A stretch of DNA of 63,301 nucleotides, filler included, from Reticulomyxa filosa (GCA_000512085.1; 23 parts of 23 records of this genome joined end to end with filler, not necessarily neighbours in it); one strand, 5' to 3'; shown: positions 24,857 through 38,529, counted from the whole stretch's first letter. The notes: generated by a model not told the origin, from the letters alone. Made by a program: numbers and translations.

Positions 24857-26481
24857 TTAATTGCTTTCAACGAGTCCTGCATCAAGAAACCATTTTGTTG
24901 TGTCAGCAAGTGTTTCTTCAACAGGTCGAAATTTGAAATCTCCATAGCTTTGGATTTTGCTGTTGTCAAAGGAAAATTGAGCGTTGACATGAGTGCGTAT
25001 GACATCACGGGCACCCTTAGATTCACAACAAGCAAAACACCACAGAAAACAATAGCAACATCGACAGTTGCACGCGCAGCATGGAAAATGGGCCGCAATA
25101 TTTAAATCTGTACAAACTTTTTCTAATTCATCTTTGATATCATCAAATGACCAAACTTCCGCTGCAATTATATGTCTCCCTTTGGCTTTGGGATTCTCCA
25201 TCAGCAAAATGTGAGCACTTGCAACGTCTCTTTTTTGTTGTTGTAATCAAACCAGTACACAATATGCAAGTCTATAAACAACAAAAGCATGCATAGGCAT
25301 GTGATGAGAAAGGCAAGAAGAACCTGACATCAACAAGTCCCCAATTGAGGTTGACGCGTGCAGCGAAATTACCATTAATCATTCGCAAAAGAAATTCATT
25401 GGACTCATTTGGCGATTTAGGTGGAGGTTTTTGCAATTCTGGACCCACCACAACATAAGGATTGGCCTGTACGTTTAAATAAAAAAGTTCGCACGTAACC
25501 TTCCAACAAAGGAGGAAGACAACTATACTCAACAACAACTAAATCCCAAGTAAACTCTTTTTGATGTTTCTCCATGAAATCCCATGCTGCCCTTTCTGCT
25601 TTAACCTTATTATTATTTTTTTTGAACAAAGGCAATTAATTGGTCTTCTAAACATTTTTATCAGGAAAAAAACTTTAGAATAGTAATACGCATTTCTGTT
25701 TTCATTAGAGCGGGTGTTCCAATCATCCTCAGTATACTTCTTGTTTGGTTCATCTGTGACTGCAGCCTTTTTTTTTTTGTTTGCAAAACAGGTAATACTT
25801 GTAATGTGACACACTTTTTTTTATTACCATGGAAGATGTCACCACCACACGCTTTAATTTGCCATTGCCTTGATATTTTAAACAGCTTTCCAACACATTT
25901 AATGTGCCATTCAGCTTTTTATTTTCATATTAATTGTTGTATATGGAGAAGAAAAAAAAAAAAAGATAATATATAACTGCTGGTTCGACTAAATCTTTTT
26001 GCACGTTATTCACTGTTATCAGGTATGGCGACGCCTACGTACATAATCAGACAACATTATTTTGATCATGTACACAATCTTTTCCACCAACTACACAATA
26101 TTAATAAACAAATTTCTTTCCCCTCTCCTACTCAACAAGATGTAAAACATAGTCGGCTTGTTCAACGGCTTTGTCGAATGACCCTTTAGTTTTTTTTATT
26201 GCAAGTCTTTTTTGCTCATTTCATTTTCTATTTCCCCTTTCCCTTTGTGTTAATCTTATTTTACCATTTTCCAAAAGATCTGCTGGAAGTAGTGTGATAT
26301 TTTTTTCCTCTCTTTCATCCAAGTCAATGATCCACTTGTACTTAGGGTCGTCTGCTTTGCCTCGGATCGTGCCAATCACACGGTAATCCTTTTTACATAA
26401 TTGTTTAATCACATGGCTTGCTATGAAACCGCTTGCTCCTGTCACTACTACCGTTTTCGGCTCGTTTGACTTTAGTTCCAT
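24857..26481 (-). CDS. NAD(P)-dependent epimerase/reductase (extended SDR; aldehyde reductase/cinnamoyl-CoA reductase-like), multi-exon
   Basis: VVVTGASGFIASHVIKQL, ADLL, VVVTSS, YTEDDWN, catalytic YYYSK, AERAAW, NPYVVVGP, VDVRDVA, RPVEETLAD. Confidence 0.92.
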
Positions 26482-26951
26482 TTTTTTTTAAAGGAATTAA
26501 AAAACGCTCCGTTCAAAACTTGAAAAGGTGGAAAAGAGTTGCCAACAGCAACAATGTCGAAATTACAACAGTGTATTTCTAAAATTAATAAAAAATTATT
26601 CTTTCCAGTACAAATATTTTATTAAGGTAAAAACAGCATCTATCTTATGTTTTTATGAAGATACAACCCCAAAAAATTTGTTTGAGATATTAGTATATTT
26701 CATAAAAAAAATTTATTATTCCTTGCCTCAGCTTTGCATTTTCCCTTGTTTTTTTTGGATGGATGATAGATTGGTTCCAAAAAACCGAGCCAAAAACGGG
26801 GTGCAAAATTAAGAATTCAAAAATGGACACCAAATTTGATTTGTGTATTATTCACAACATTTTAAAAGTCGTTTCAATATTAATTTCGATTAAATTTTCA
26901 AAACCAAAGCAATAAAAGGAACAGGTTATTAAAAAATCTCTTTTTTGGATC

Positions 26952-27683
26952 TTATTTTGTGGGCCTTTTTGTAAAAATTGCCATGTTGTCATCGTCCTGC
27001 GTTTCTTGATTTTCGGACTTTTTTTCATTTTGATGTTGTTTGGTATTGAGTGGTGTATGATAATAATGCTGTGTAATGTCATCAAGAGAAAGAGGAGATT
27101 TGGGCAATGGCAACAATTTGGCGCGTTTTCTCTTGGATTCATTGTCATCACAAACATGTTTATCTTGTTCGTTTTCCTTTGCATTGCCCTTCTCACAGTG
27201 ATTGATATTGGCATTGTTGTAATTTTCGTTTCTTAACTCTTCATATTTTCGTTTTCGACCGATATGGGGTTGTTGGTCTTTATCGATGTTTTTGTCTTGA
27301 TCTTTTTCTTTTCCCTTTTTTCTTTGTCTTTCTAAAATTTCTCGACGATTTCGTCGTTGGGTTGTTAGAGGTCCATTGTCCAAGTTATTTGAAAACACCA
27401 TATTTGATTTTGACTGCTCTTGTTTTTGTTCCTCTTCTCTTTCCTTTTGTTTCTTTTGTTGTTCTTGCTCCATCTCATACCGCAAAAGCAGCTCACAGCT
27501 TCTCACAAATTTATTTTCTTGATTTAAATTTTTCAATCTGTTGGTGGCTTGTGTGCTACTGGTGCCGTTTTCGTTGAAGGGCACATACAACCTTGACCGA
27601 CTGTGGAGATCAATCGATCGCAATCGCTTTGCTGTCAAGATGCCGCATGCTGGCAGAGGCTGCAACAATGTCATTTTGTCCAT
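26952..27683 (-). CDS. Hypothetical charged, low-complexity protein
   Basis: Long open frame (probable start MDKMTLL) with basic clusters RKRK and KRKRAK. No domain recognised. Confidence 0.5.
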   Translation of the reverse strand: MDKMTLLQPLPACGILTAKRLRSIDLHSRSRLYVPFNENGTSSTQATNRLKNLNQENKFVRSCELLLRYEMEQEQQKKQKEREEEQKQEQSKSNMVFSNNLDNGPLTTQRRNRREILERQRKKGKEKDQDKNIDKDQQPHIGRKRKYEELRNENYNNANINHCEKGNAKENEQDKHVCDDNESKRKRAKLLPLPKSPLSLDDITQHYYHTPLNTKQHQNEKKSENQETQDDDNMAIFTKRPTK

Positions 27684-28234
27684 CTTTTGATCCCTCTCCT
27701 TTAGATTGGAGTACAACTTTGGAGGGGGGGGGGAGAAAAAAAATCTCAATACCTTGTTTTCAGTACCTTTCTTGTTGCGGTAATATTTGCAGTTACGGCA
27801 ATTCCTCAACCACTCTGCTGATATTTTTCACATAAGCTATTATAATCCTATATCACTATTTGAAGTGAAGAATAATTTCAAATTAATTTATTGTGTATTG
27901 TTATCATGAGGTGTAAATGTGGAACACATGAAAAGGAAATGATAAACAGACCATTAATCTCCCAAGTTTCTAAGACATTTAAAAATCGGGGCAATGTTGA
28001 ATAAAACGGTCAAAAAATGACTAGGGATATGAGAAAGAGAGAGGTCTTTCAAGACAATACACCTCACTCCAAAAAAAAACCCCAAAAACAAGCAAACAAA
28101 AAAAAAAAAGGAAACATGGGAGATACAATTGCAAGTAGAAAACATAAACTTGTAAATTTTTTTTTATTGCTTGTTTTGGCTTTATTTTCCCCCTCCCCCT
28201 CTCTTTCCTCCCCTTTTCTCAATCGTAAAAAGAT

Positions 28235-30515
28235 TTAATCTGACGAAGTATCAAGAGATTGAGAAATATCAGTTTTACAAAAAGGGCATTTGCGACTGAT
28301 TTGTAGCCATCGATCAATACATTCTTTGTGATAACGATGGAAACAAGGGATCAAACGTAATTGATCTCCCTTTTCAAACTCGACCAAACATACTGTGTAT
28401 TGTATTGTATTGTATTGTATTGTAATTTTGATGAGAATAAAAACAAAACAAAAGTTTGCAAAACTTCGACACGTTTTGTCTTCGGTAGTGTCGGATTTGT
28501 CTTTATCAGGAGTGGGATGATATTCAAAGATTGGCAGTCTATCCAAGATGCGTTTGGGCAAAGCATTTGGATTTTGGTAGGGTTGTGACGCTTGAATACG
28601 TTGCAAGAATTGAAAAAATCCAAGAGGGACTCGATCCTGACCAGGATTGAGTGGGATGTTTTCATTGCCAGGGATATCGGGAACTAGTTGACCACGAGCC
28701 AAGCTGTTTTTTTTTTTTTTTAAATTTCCATCAAAAACAAAACAAAACAAGTTATTTTCAAAAACAATATACACAAATGAAAAAGATAACCTGTCAAGGA
28801 GATCGTGTACACTTTGATGATTACCGCGAATAGGTACAACAATTTGAGTGAATTGAGGCAGATGAGGATGATGTGGCACAATGACATCCGCGATGGATTC
28901 GGAGTCATCGTTATCTTCTTCTTCTTCCTCCTCCTCCTCCTCCTCCTCTTTCCTCTCCTCATCGGATTCCTGCAATTGCAGTCTCTGCGCGAATTCCAAG
29001 TCTTGCTGTTCTTGATACTGGCGGAACTGCTCGGCGTTGAAAGACGGACGCATCTCTTCCACGTGCGTGAGAAGAGTGACCACGCCAAAGGGATACGGCC
29101 GACAGTCCATGACAATTGCACGAACCCCATTGCAAAGGACAAGCTCTTCCTTGCCTTCAACTACACGATTGCGACCTTTGAAATATGGATCCAGATACAA
29201 CTCGCGGAATCGTCGCGCCGACACTGTTTTGTGCGCCTCCGGCAATGTGTCTTGCACTACTCGTATCGACACGCTACTGAGATCTTTCAAAGGACTTCCG
29301 TTGCAATCAATTGTTGACTCGGATCGAATCATTCCATCACTGGGCTCACAGGACATTACTCGGAATTGCACGCCCTCATGTGTGAACACTTCGCCCATCA
29401 ACACATGTCTTTTTATCCATATTTGTTCGTCGTTGTTTTCACTGGTTACTATTTATATATACATAAATATAAATATAAATATATATGTATATATATGTGT
29501 ATATAAATGTATATACATATATAAATATATATACATATATAAATATAAATATACATATATGTATATATATGTATATGTGTATATGTCTACATCACAAACT
29601 TGCAACAGAATTGTCAGTTTCCACTTTTTCTTCCTGCTTTTTGTTATCATTGTCCACGTCCTGTTTCGATTCCGTTCGTTCCGACTTGTTCTCGTTTTGT
29701 TCCGCGGTAATGTCATTCTCACTTCCGCCATTGCCAATTGTGGACGGATTGCTACTTAGTATATTATTTTGATGATGATGATAATGATTATTATTATTAT
29801 TATTATTATTGTTGTTGGGGCTAGAATTGTGATAGACATCGTTGGCTTGTGCAGGCATGCAAATTTTGTTAAGGTATTTTTTTGGAGCTTTTCTGGGACT
29901 TTCAGCAATACTAGTGATTGCCTTAGTTTCTTTTCGGACGGTAGCACGTCCTCTCAAAAAATGTTTAATGTGATTGTGGAATAAGTGTTCCTCTCTCATT
30001 ACTTCTGCCATTATTGTCGTGGCAGTTCCGTCATTTTTTTCGTCACTGTTTGGCGCGGCATTTTTCTGATGTTTCAAAGACTCCATCACAGGTTGTATGC
30101 GCACACATTCGATCCAACGAAAATGCAGTTTCTTTATTTCTTTTCTCCCAGACACACTTTCATCTTCCAAATGGTATTTTGTTTCTTCGTTTATTTTACC
30201 TTTTTCAAATGTTCATATACATTTGTACGATACATATATGTACATATGTATGTATATCATTTGAAATGGGTCAAAACAAAGATCAAAGAAAGGTCAATAC
30301 ATACCCATCGGCGGATAACAATCATACGCTTTGAAATGCACATTTTTAATTTGCCAATGTATTCCACTTTTTACAATTTCTGTCGGATGACGAAGGAAAT
30401 AAGGTCTTAAATAATTGTTGATCAAGTATTCACACGACACTTCTTTCTCTTCATCGCATTCGGCCAATGACTCCTCAAATACACCTATCCACACGTGTTC
30501 CAAATGCGTCGCTCT
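28235..30515 (-). CDS. RING-H2 E3 ligase with tandem CDC48/p97 Nc-subdomain-like repeats and an MIU-like motif (5'-truncated, multi-exon)
   Basis: C-terminal C-R-I-C...PCFHRYHKECIDRWL...CPFC after splicing, preceded by ILDRLPIFEY. DLEFAQRLQLQE is MIU-like. Three N-terminal repeats carry YLRPYF / HIKHFL / YLDPYF and FKAYDCYP / FRVMSCEP / AIVMDCRP. Confidence 0.85.
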
Positions 30516-31559
30516 TTTTGTTTTTTTTAAATTTTTTTTAAAAAAAAAAAGATGTGAGTTTCCATGTCACGCTTATATGCTTGTCGCATTTTTTTTATTA
30601 AAAAAAAAAAAANNNNNNNNNNNNNNNNNNNNNNNNNNNNNNNNNNNNNNNNNNNNTTAATTAATTAANNNNNNNNNNNNNNNNNNNNNNNNNNNNNNNN
30701 NNNNNNNNNNNNGGACTTCCCCCGACCACATAAAAAAATTGTATTTATGTTTGTTTTTCTGTACAAACACATTATATAAAAAAAAAATATATGTTAAGTT
30801 GCACTACAGGAAAAAAGTCGAAATTGTAGACCGAACTACGCTCGCAAAGTTAATTGTATTCTTTTGATGTTCTTAATATATAATAGTTTTGTTTTTGTTG
30901 TGTGTGGCAGGTACAAGAAGATCAAAATATATTTGTTTTTTGAAAAAAATATTGAAAATGGGGAAGGGGAAAATATTAATAGATAAAAAGGGTGAATGGG
31001 AAAAAAAATGGATTAATAATTGAAAAAAAAAGGAAAAAAAAAGGGTGGGTGTGCAAAAAAGAAAGAATAAGGAGAAAAAATTTTTATTATGAAAGAAAAA
31101 AATAATTAATATGATAATAATGAAAAAAAAAGGATGAAAAAAAGAAAAAAAGAGAAAAAAATAAAAAAATAAAAAAAGAAAAAAAAAAGAAAGTGAAATG
31201 CTTAAAAGTTGGGGCTATGACTCCAAAAATTAATGGTGCCAGTGTGCATAAGCAAGTAGTTAAGTAAAATAAATAATTATATACATTTTTTATTTGATTT
31301 GTTTAAAATAAAAAAATAGGACTGGAAACGACGGCAGCAGTGAACAAGTTCCAACAAATAAAACTTACATTCTTCTTATTTTCATAATGTAGTTGTGTGT
31401 TTCTCACATAGATTTAATCCTCCTTCGATTCAACATTCATCATATTCTTCAACTTTTCGCGTACCATATTCTGCTGTAAAATAGGGTGTGGATTGGATTA
31501 TCATCGTGACTGTGTTGACCAAAGCCAACTGTCTCTTGCCTGATCTTTAGCGGAAAAAC

Positions 31560-32800
31560 TATTTATAATACGTTGTCTAATAACGTACATTTATTGCGCT
31601 TTATCGTGCTGCTTACCAAGACGTATACGTTCGGCAATGAAAGGCAGCAAAAAATTTTTAATTTGGTTGTTGTTTTGCGCTGCTCGACCATCCATCATAG
31701 TCCAACAAGCAAGCTTTATTGCAACATGGAATATCTGATATTGGTGCGACGATCCTTCCGGTACAAATTAGTTCGGCCACGTTCCACCACCGTATCAACC
31801 CATCAGCATTTGCGTTCCCCGACAAGAGTCCAAATTTCATACCAACACAAGGCCAAATGGTACATATCTCAATATATTCTCAACAACACATTTTACAATC
31901 TTTTTATGCATTTGTACTATAGTTTTAAAGACGATACATTGTGATAAACTATAGCGACAATGAAGAACAAAGGCGTGCAATGTCGTACAAGTGGCTTTAA
32001 ATGCCGAATGCAAATAAAATGGTGCAATAACAAAGGTCCTCGGCTACAACAAGAACAAAGGCGAAGCAATTGCAAAGTGAAGTGTTATGTATTTGGACGT
32101 AGTTGCTAACACACGGTACGGAGTTTTGCAACAATAATTATAGTATATATATCCATTAGCATTGTGAGTTGCACAGAGTTATTGCGCCGGGAGATGGTGG
32201 AAAGCTTTCAAATGAAAAGGACGAAAGGGTATTACGACCAATACACATAGACGCGCAAATCCCTTGTCCAGCAAGAGCCAGTTTGTTCTTATATGCTATA
32301 CATTACGGGTTGCAGTACCAATTCTGGAAGTTTCGGCGTGTGTTACTCTTTGTCAACATTTACCTCAAATCGAGCAAATGGTGTAAACTTTATATGTTGT
32401 TATAATACATAGTGTTGGCATGTGGACATTTAAAGTATATCATTCAGATGGAAAATCGATTATTTGGCTGCAGACATGGAACGACGCAATGTCTGGATAT
32501 TAAACATCCAAGCGTATGTCGTGTGGCGAGTGGACTTGAATATTATTGTCAAAGTTTTTGACTTGCTCGTAATTCTTTCACGTGTTGAAGAACTTGATCA
32601 CAATAATTGATCCTTCTCGAAAAGACATTGGTATCTTATTCGATTCGGGGTACTGAAGGTATTTCAAATACATTATTGGAAAGAAGTGCGTGATCGATGG
32701 AATTGAATGGCCGTAGTGCAATGTACAATGTCACCACTTGCGCATTTTCGCCATGTGCAATCGATTGTATGAAAGTGAAACAGCGATGACAATGTATCAA
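31560..32800 (+). pseudogene. Degraded coding-like sequence with multiple stops and frameshifts
   Basis: Higher GC than flanks, with protein-like fragments in shifting frames (e.g. DYLAADMERRNVWILNIQAYVVWRVDLN). Family not identified. Confidence 0.35.
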
Positions 32801-32900
32801 NNNNNNNNNNNNNNNNNNNNNNNNNNNNNNNNNNNNNNNNNNNNTTAATTAATTAANNNNNNNNNNNNNNNNNNNNNNNNNNNNNNNNNNNNNNNNNNNN

Positions 32901-34347
32901 TTTACTGAATAGTCGATATTTTTTTTTTTTATTGCCCATTTTGGCTGAGGCCAATTCCCTTTTTTCAATCTTTTTGTGTTTGCTATTTTTATTGTTGTTG
33001 TCAGCATTTTCGTGCTGTCCATCGACATCATCACGAGGCCCATTATTCGTTTGGTTCTGACTTTTCTCATCGTTTTCTTTCTTATTCTTTTCTTTACTTT
33101 CATTTTCATTGTCATTATCATTCTCATTCTCATCGTCAGTCTTCATTGCATTTATACTATTTATCTCCAAGGCCTCATAGCCAGCCACCATCATTCCATT
33201 GGTTTGTAAAGTGAGTATTTGGGCTGCTTCTCTCATCTTATCTCTTCTACTTCTTGATGTCAAAGGCATCAGCGCTGCAATCTTACCTTTGCTATTGCTA
33301 TTAGCCAGCATCTCAACACGTTTCATTTCAAGTGGAGATGGGGGTGTTATTTCATACAAGTGATTCAGCTTGTCTGTCAGCACTTGCATCATTTGCACTT
33401 GTGACAATGCCAACTTACACATGCATACATACATACAAACAACCAAACATTTAAAGTGAGTATGTGTGTGCGTGTGTGTGCGTGTGTGTGTGTGAATGTG
33501 TTGCTAAAATCCCAAGATATGAGTCTCGCTTCTTTTATTTTACTTTTTTTTTTTTAAAAAAAAATATTCAAAAAAAAAAAAAAAAAATAAGACAAAACAA
33601 AACATGATGTTTTGTTCCAAAACTGGCGATTGTGCAAGGACATGATCAAATAACATTTGTAACCGAATGGCTCGAACAGCATCGCGATATCTCACTCTTG
33701 GAGTATGCTTGCAGTCTTGATGAATACTCGACCGTCGCTGTAGCTGGTCGCAATTGTGGTGTCATATTTTTCTTTTCGAGGTTCACTTTTTTCGTTATGT
33801 CTGCTTTGAAGGATCTTGACTTTAAAAATAATTGCAAACTTTGTCGACGTTTACTCCTTTCCACTGTTGGATATTCTATAGTAGAGTTCCTTTTTTTTTT
33901 TTAATTGTATCTTTTTGACAAGAGATCATAACTTTAAAAAAAAGATGTGTTTTTGACAGGTAATTATATACGTTGTTTCCCCCCTTAGCGACTACTTTTT
34001 CATCATCGACGCAAAAAAAAAAAAAAAAAAAATTTTATTTGTCAATCCGATCCCCACACCCCTGGAATGTTTAGAAAGTATAATTTTGTCGAAATGGTAA
34101 CACGTCACTTTTTTTTAGTACTGCTGAAGATGTACATGCCAAATATCATCGTGTTGATTGTGTACACATTTACCTGTGGTTTTTTCTCTGTTTTCTCATA
34201 TTTGGTATTGAACATTTTTCCCATTGATGACAATTCCGAAAAAGAAGAATTTTTCAACTTCATCCCAAATTTAATCATTGCTAACTTTTGTATGCCTTGT
34301 TCTTCAGAATCCCTTTTCATAAGACAACAAGTGTTCTGGATAGTCAA
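32901..34347 (-). CDS. Hypothetical multi-exon protein fragment
   Basis: Collinear minus-strand ORFs (34105-34347, 33646-33864, 32901-33416) separated by intron-like A/T- and CA-repeat segments. Confidence 0.4.
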
Positions 34348-35769
34348 GGAATTGAAGTATTAGATTTGAAATGAGTTTGGTCGCAGAGGAATATGTTGGT
34401 GAAGGAACTCTTCATGTTGTATACTTTGGCTTGTTAGGCTGTTTGAAGAGAGCTAAAACCACATTCGAATGCACAAGAGAACTTTTCTAAAAAGGGAAAC
34501 TTTTTTCTTCAACAGGAAAACCGTTACTCAAAAAAAAAAAGTAATGGTTCATTCCAAAAAAACAATTTTAATTTTCAATTATCTGTANNNNNNNNNNNNN
34601 NNNNNNNNNNNNNNNNNNNNNNNNNNNNNNNTTAATTAATTAANNNNNNNNNNNNNNNNNNNNNNNNNNNNNNNNNNNNNNNNNNNNTTTGTTTTTTTTA
34701 TACCACTATGGAAACGTTTTAACAAGGAAAAACAAAGCCATGCCAATATTGTCACGAATTTGAAGAAACTTGAGGCTACTCAAATTTTTTCAATTTGTTT
34801 GATAAGTATATCCTTGTAAATTTCACATTTTTTCTTTTTTGTTTTTTTTTTGCTTTTTTGCTTTTTTTTAGCGTGTGTGCACCCTCTCCATCTTCATTTT
34901 TTAAATACTCACAAACAAGACACTCCCACTTGAGATAAAACTCAAAGCCATTTTTACTAGGCGTCATAACAACAGAACCTGCGTTTCAAGCGTCTTGAAA
35001 AAGTTGAGAACATTGTGTGGGTGGATAGTTACCACTGTATTAAACACCCATTTATTACAATTTCTTTTTTAATATTTTCATTATCAAACTTAAAAGAATT
35101 ATTTAATTGATCGAAATTCAAAGTACAAATTTTTTGAATTGGCACAGGTATGTTGAACATTAAAATTGCAATGGAAGTATAACAAAGGGCATAAAGAAAA
35201 CTTTAATTAAAGCTACAAATTTAAAAAGCAAATAATGAAATGTAAAATGAACAAAAAAGTAAAATACTTGCTTGGGTTGTGTCACAGTTATATTGTTTCA
35301 TCATCTTTCAACAATTGTGTGAAGATTTTTTTGTAGACTGTCTTGTTTATAGTTAAGATTTTCCTCTTGAACGAGCGGATCACTTTGTTTGTTGGAGTAT
35401 AAGTCAATTAGCTGTTGACACTCCTTCGAAACAGTGGCACTGTTTCGTCGTTGGATGCCATCAAAACCACGTTCGATGTCTTACAAGCGTTTTTCAAGCA
35501 TAACGTGCGTCTCATTAGCATAAATATATGTCAATAGAATTCGGATGTTTTTTTTCCTTATCTCTTTCGTGCCAAAGAAAAAAGGCAAAACAATTTTTTT
35601 TTTTGGAGCAATCTCAAAACTGTTTGTATAGTCCAGTTTTGAAATTTATCCAATTTACTGCGTCTGTGACGTCTATTTTTTAAGAAAGGAGAAAGCAGCC
35701 TTTTTAAGTTCAGAACGTGAAAAACACTCGTTATTTGGAAAGAGTAAGAAATGACTAGCGTGCATGGTG

Positions 35770-37397
35770 AGATGAGTGGAAATGGTGACAACGACAAAGA
35801 TAGAAAAAAACCAAGTGGCATTATACCTACTTGGACGACTAAAACGAGTAGTCTTCGATTGGAAATGTGTGCGTATGGCCATCGTGAAATTTGGAAAATG
35901 CAATCGCAGAAATTTTTTTAAAAAGGAGACATTTATGGTGCGACAGGAACAGAAACGAGTTTGTGATGAGATTCGCATTGTGAAGATGCAATTGCAATGG
36001 TCCAAACAAACGGCCGAGTAAATGATCACATACGAGCTGAAATCACAACGCGACAAGCGAACGGGCAAGACGAAAGCCAAGAACGAACAGCAGATGAAAA
36101 ATATCTAACTAGAAGAGACTAAACTGCAACAACTCGAACTAATCAAAGCACGAAAATCAGTTTGCAACTGCAACAACGACAACAATCAAATCATGCGGAC
36201 ACAGATAGTCCTATGACAAATTGATCCAATATTGACTTCAATATTTACGATATAACTACAAATCACTCCAGTATATATTTTATCTCTTTTACAAATGCTA
36301 TGATTAAACTCGAACTCAAAGAGCATAACGAAAAAGGTTCCAAGACACATTTGCGTTTGTTCAATGATATTTTTGAATGTTCGGTCGGTACGAAGCATAA
36401 TCGATCTGACTCGACTGTCGCGAAGAAACTTGAGTCAAGTGTCGATTTATTGTATAGAACCTTTCGAGCTGTTCGAAACTTCATTGTACAAAAAACACTT
36501 CGATCGCAAATGGATTTGTTCAACTATATGGATCATTTGGCATTTGATATAATCAACAAAACAATGTATTTTGTGGACGAAATTGAATAGAATTGTAGAT
36601 CGTTGCAAAAGAACAACTGTGAACTCGTTATAGTGAAAAATTAGTATTTGTATTACGCATAATATACTTTCTCTTTGGTGTATGGGGAAAACACAAATTT
36701 TTTTTTCGCAAATAAGTAGTTGGTTTGCAATTAATGGACGAATCTATCTCTGGTCAAAGCATTCAAAATAAAGTCTTTAGATGACTTCAAGTTACATGTG
36801 ATCTTTGGACGGAGATTAATTGATGTCAATGATGATTTGACCAATTTTGATGAATGTGATGTTGTATTGTTACAGGTAATTTTAAAAACAGTCATTTTGT
36901 TCATTTAATATTTATACATTTTTTTCCTAAAAAAAACCACACAAAACACGTAACATTAAACAAACAACAATACAACATCAATATGCAAGGTTGATTATTG
37001 TTTGAAATATATGATGGACGAGAGTTTATCGCCAATAAGATTTTATTGTGATCAATTTCGTAATTGGATAATGTTTTTCGTCTTCATCAACAAACAAGTT
37101 AGCAAATTATCGCAGCTGGATTGATGAACGTGCTGGACGCTTTAATTATTGTTAATGACTGGATTATTGAAGAGAAATTATAAACTAACTTCATATAATA
37201 ACGCCACAATATCACATATAAGATCCATTCAACATAGCTATCTATCAATGACAACGTCAACAACATAATAACACAAATCGCCAAGTCAAAGTAACAACAT
37301 ATGGTCAATCACTGCATGTCAATACTGATAACACCACTTTACCACTGCAGCGACAAACATGTAGTCAATTTGAATGCTGATGACAACAGTCAACAGG
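35770..37397 (+). pseudogene. Degraded coiled-coil/helical protein gene
   Basis: Protein-like fragments (35776-36021, 36300-36590) interrupted by many in-frame stops. Confidence 0.35.
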
Positions 37398-38529
37398 TAT
37401 AAATAATTTATTTATATATATCTAAAATTGATATAGTATTTAACAAAAAAAAAGTATAGTAAATAATTTGTTTTTGGTTGATTTTAAAAAAACTAATTAA
37501 AAAAAAGTGACGTTATGATGTTAATGTGTATGATTTGATGTGTATTATTAAAAAAAATTATAGATCATTATCATTGATATAAAGTGCTAGTATTAACTCA
37601 CCGAGTACGATGGCGACGACGTGATGTCAGCGACAAATCAGGTTTATTTTTATTTTTTTTACTTAATCAAAAAATAATAATATTTGTGTGTATGTTTTTT
37701 CACAAATTCAACGCAGAAACAAAAGAAAAAGGAATATTAAGTGTAGAAGGCCACTCAATCTCAGAAAGGAGAGAAATATGTTTATTTATCTTTTTTTTTT
37801 TTAACTATATTAACTTGTTGATTGTCTTGTGATACAGTAATTCCCCCACTAAGATGCTGTCCACAAATCCAGGTACCCTTTCACAATACACACAAAAAGA
37901 TAATTGGTGTTGAACTATACTCTGTGTCCGAAAAAAGGAAAAAAGGTTTGTATATTTATATGTTTATTTTTCTATTGTTATATAATGTTCTTGATTATGT
38001 GTTATAAAATATTAATTCCCCCTGCAAAGAAAAAAAAATATTTTTTTTATTTGCAACTAATCCAAAACAAAAAAAGTTATTGTTAGGTTTTTTTAAGGAA
38101 AAAAAATGTGAATTTGCGCTCAAGCTCCATCGTCCAGGTATGTATTTTTTAAAAATTTGTTCTTGAAAAATTAAATATAACTTTGTTATATGTTTGCATA
38201 TATATATCGTACAGTGTCCAGAACGTATATATTTTTAAAAATAATTTGAAAAAAATAAGTGGAGATAGATGGAATATAACAATAATAAAAAGGATAATAA
38301 TAAAAGAAAAAGAAAAAAAGTAGATAAAAAANNNNNNNNNNNNNNNNNNNNNNNNNNNNNNNNNNNNNNNNNNNNTTAATTAATTAANNNNNNNNNNNNN
38401 NNNNNNNNNNNNNNNNNNNNNNNNNNNNNNNAATTCAAACCCTTTCGGTTCCAACAAATAAAAAATAAAAAAATATCGACTGTTTTTGTCACATTTGAAC
38501 ATTGTACATATGCGTATATGATACAACAG

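Noticed and set aside
29452-29590. Long (TA)/(TACA)-rich tracts as structured RNA
   Set aside because: Intronic microsatellite-like sequence, also seen in other introns (e.g. ~3320, ~9060, ~20040).
31560-37400. Alternative genetic code explaining in-frame stops
   Set aside because: Intact genes end at TAA or TGA at the expected positions and have no internal stops. The stop-rich regions also contain frameshifts, which fits pseudogenes.
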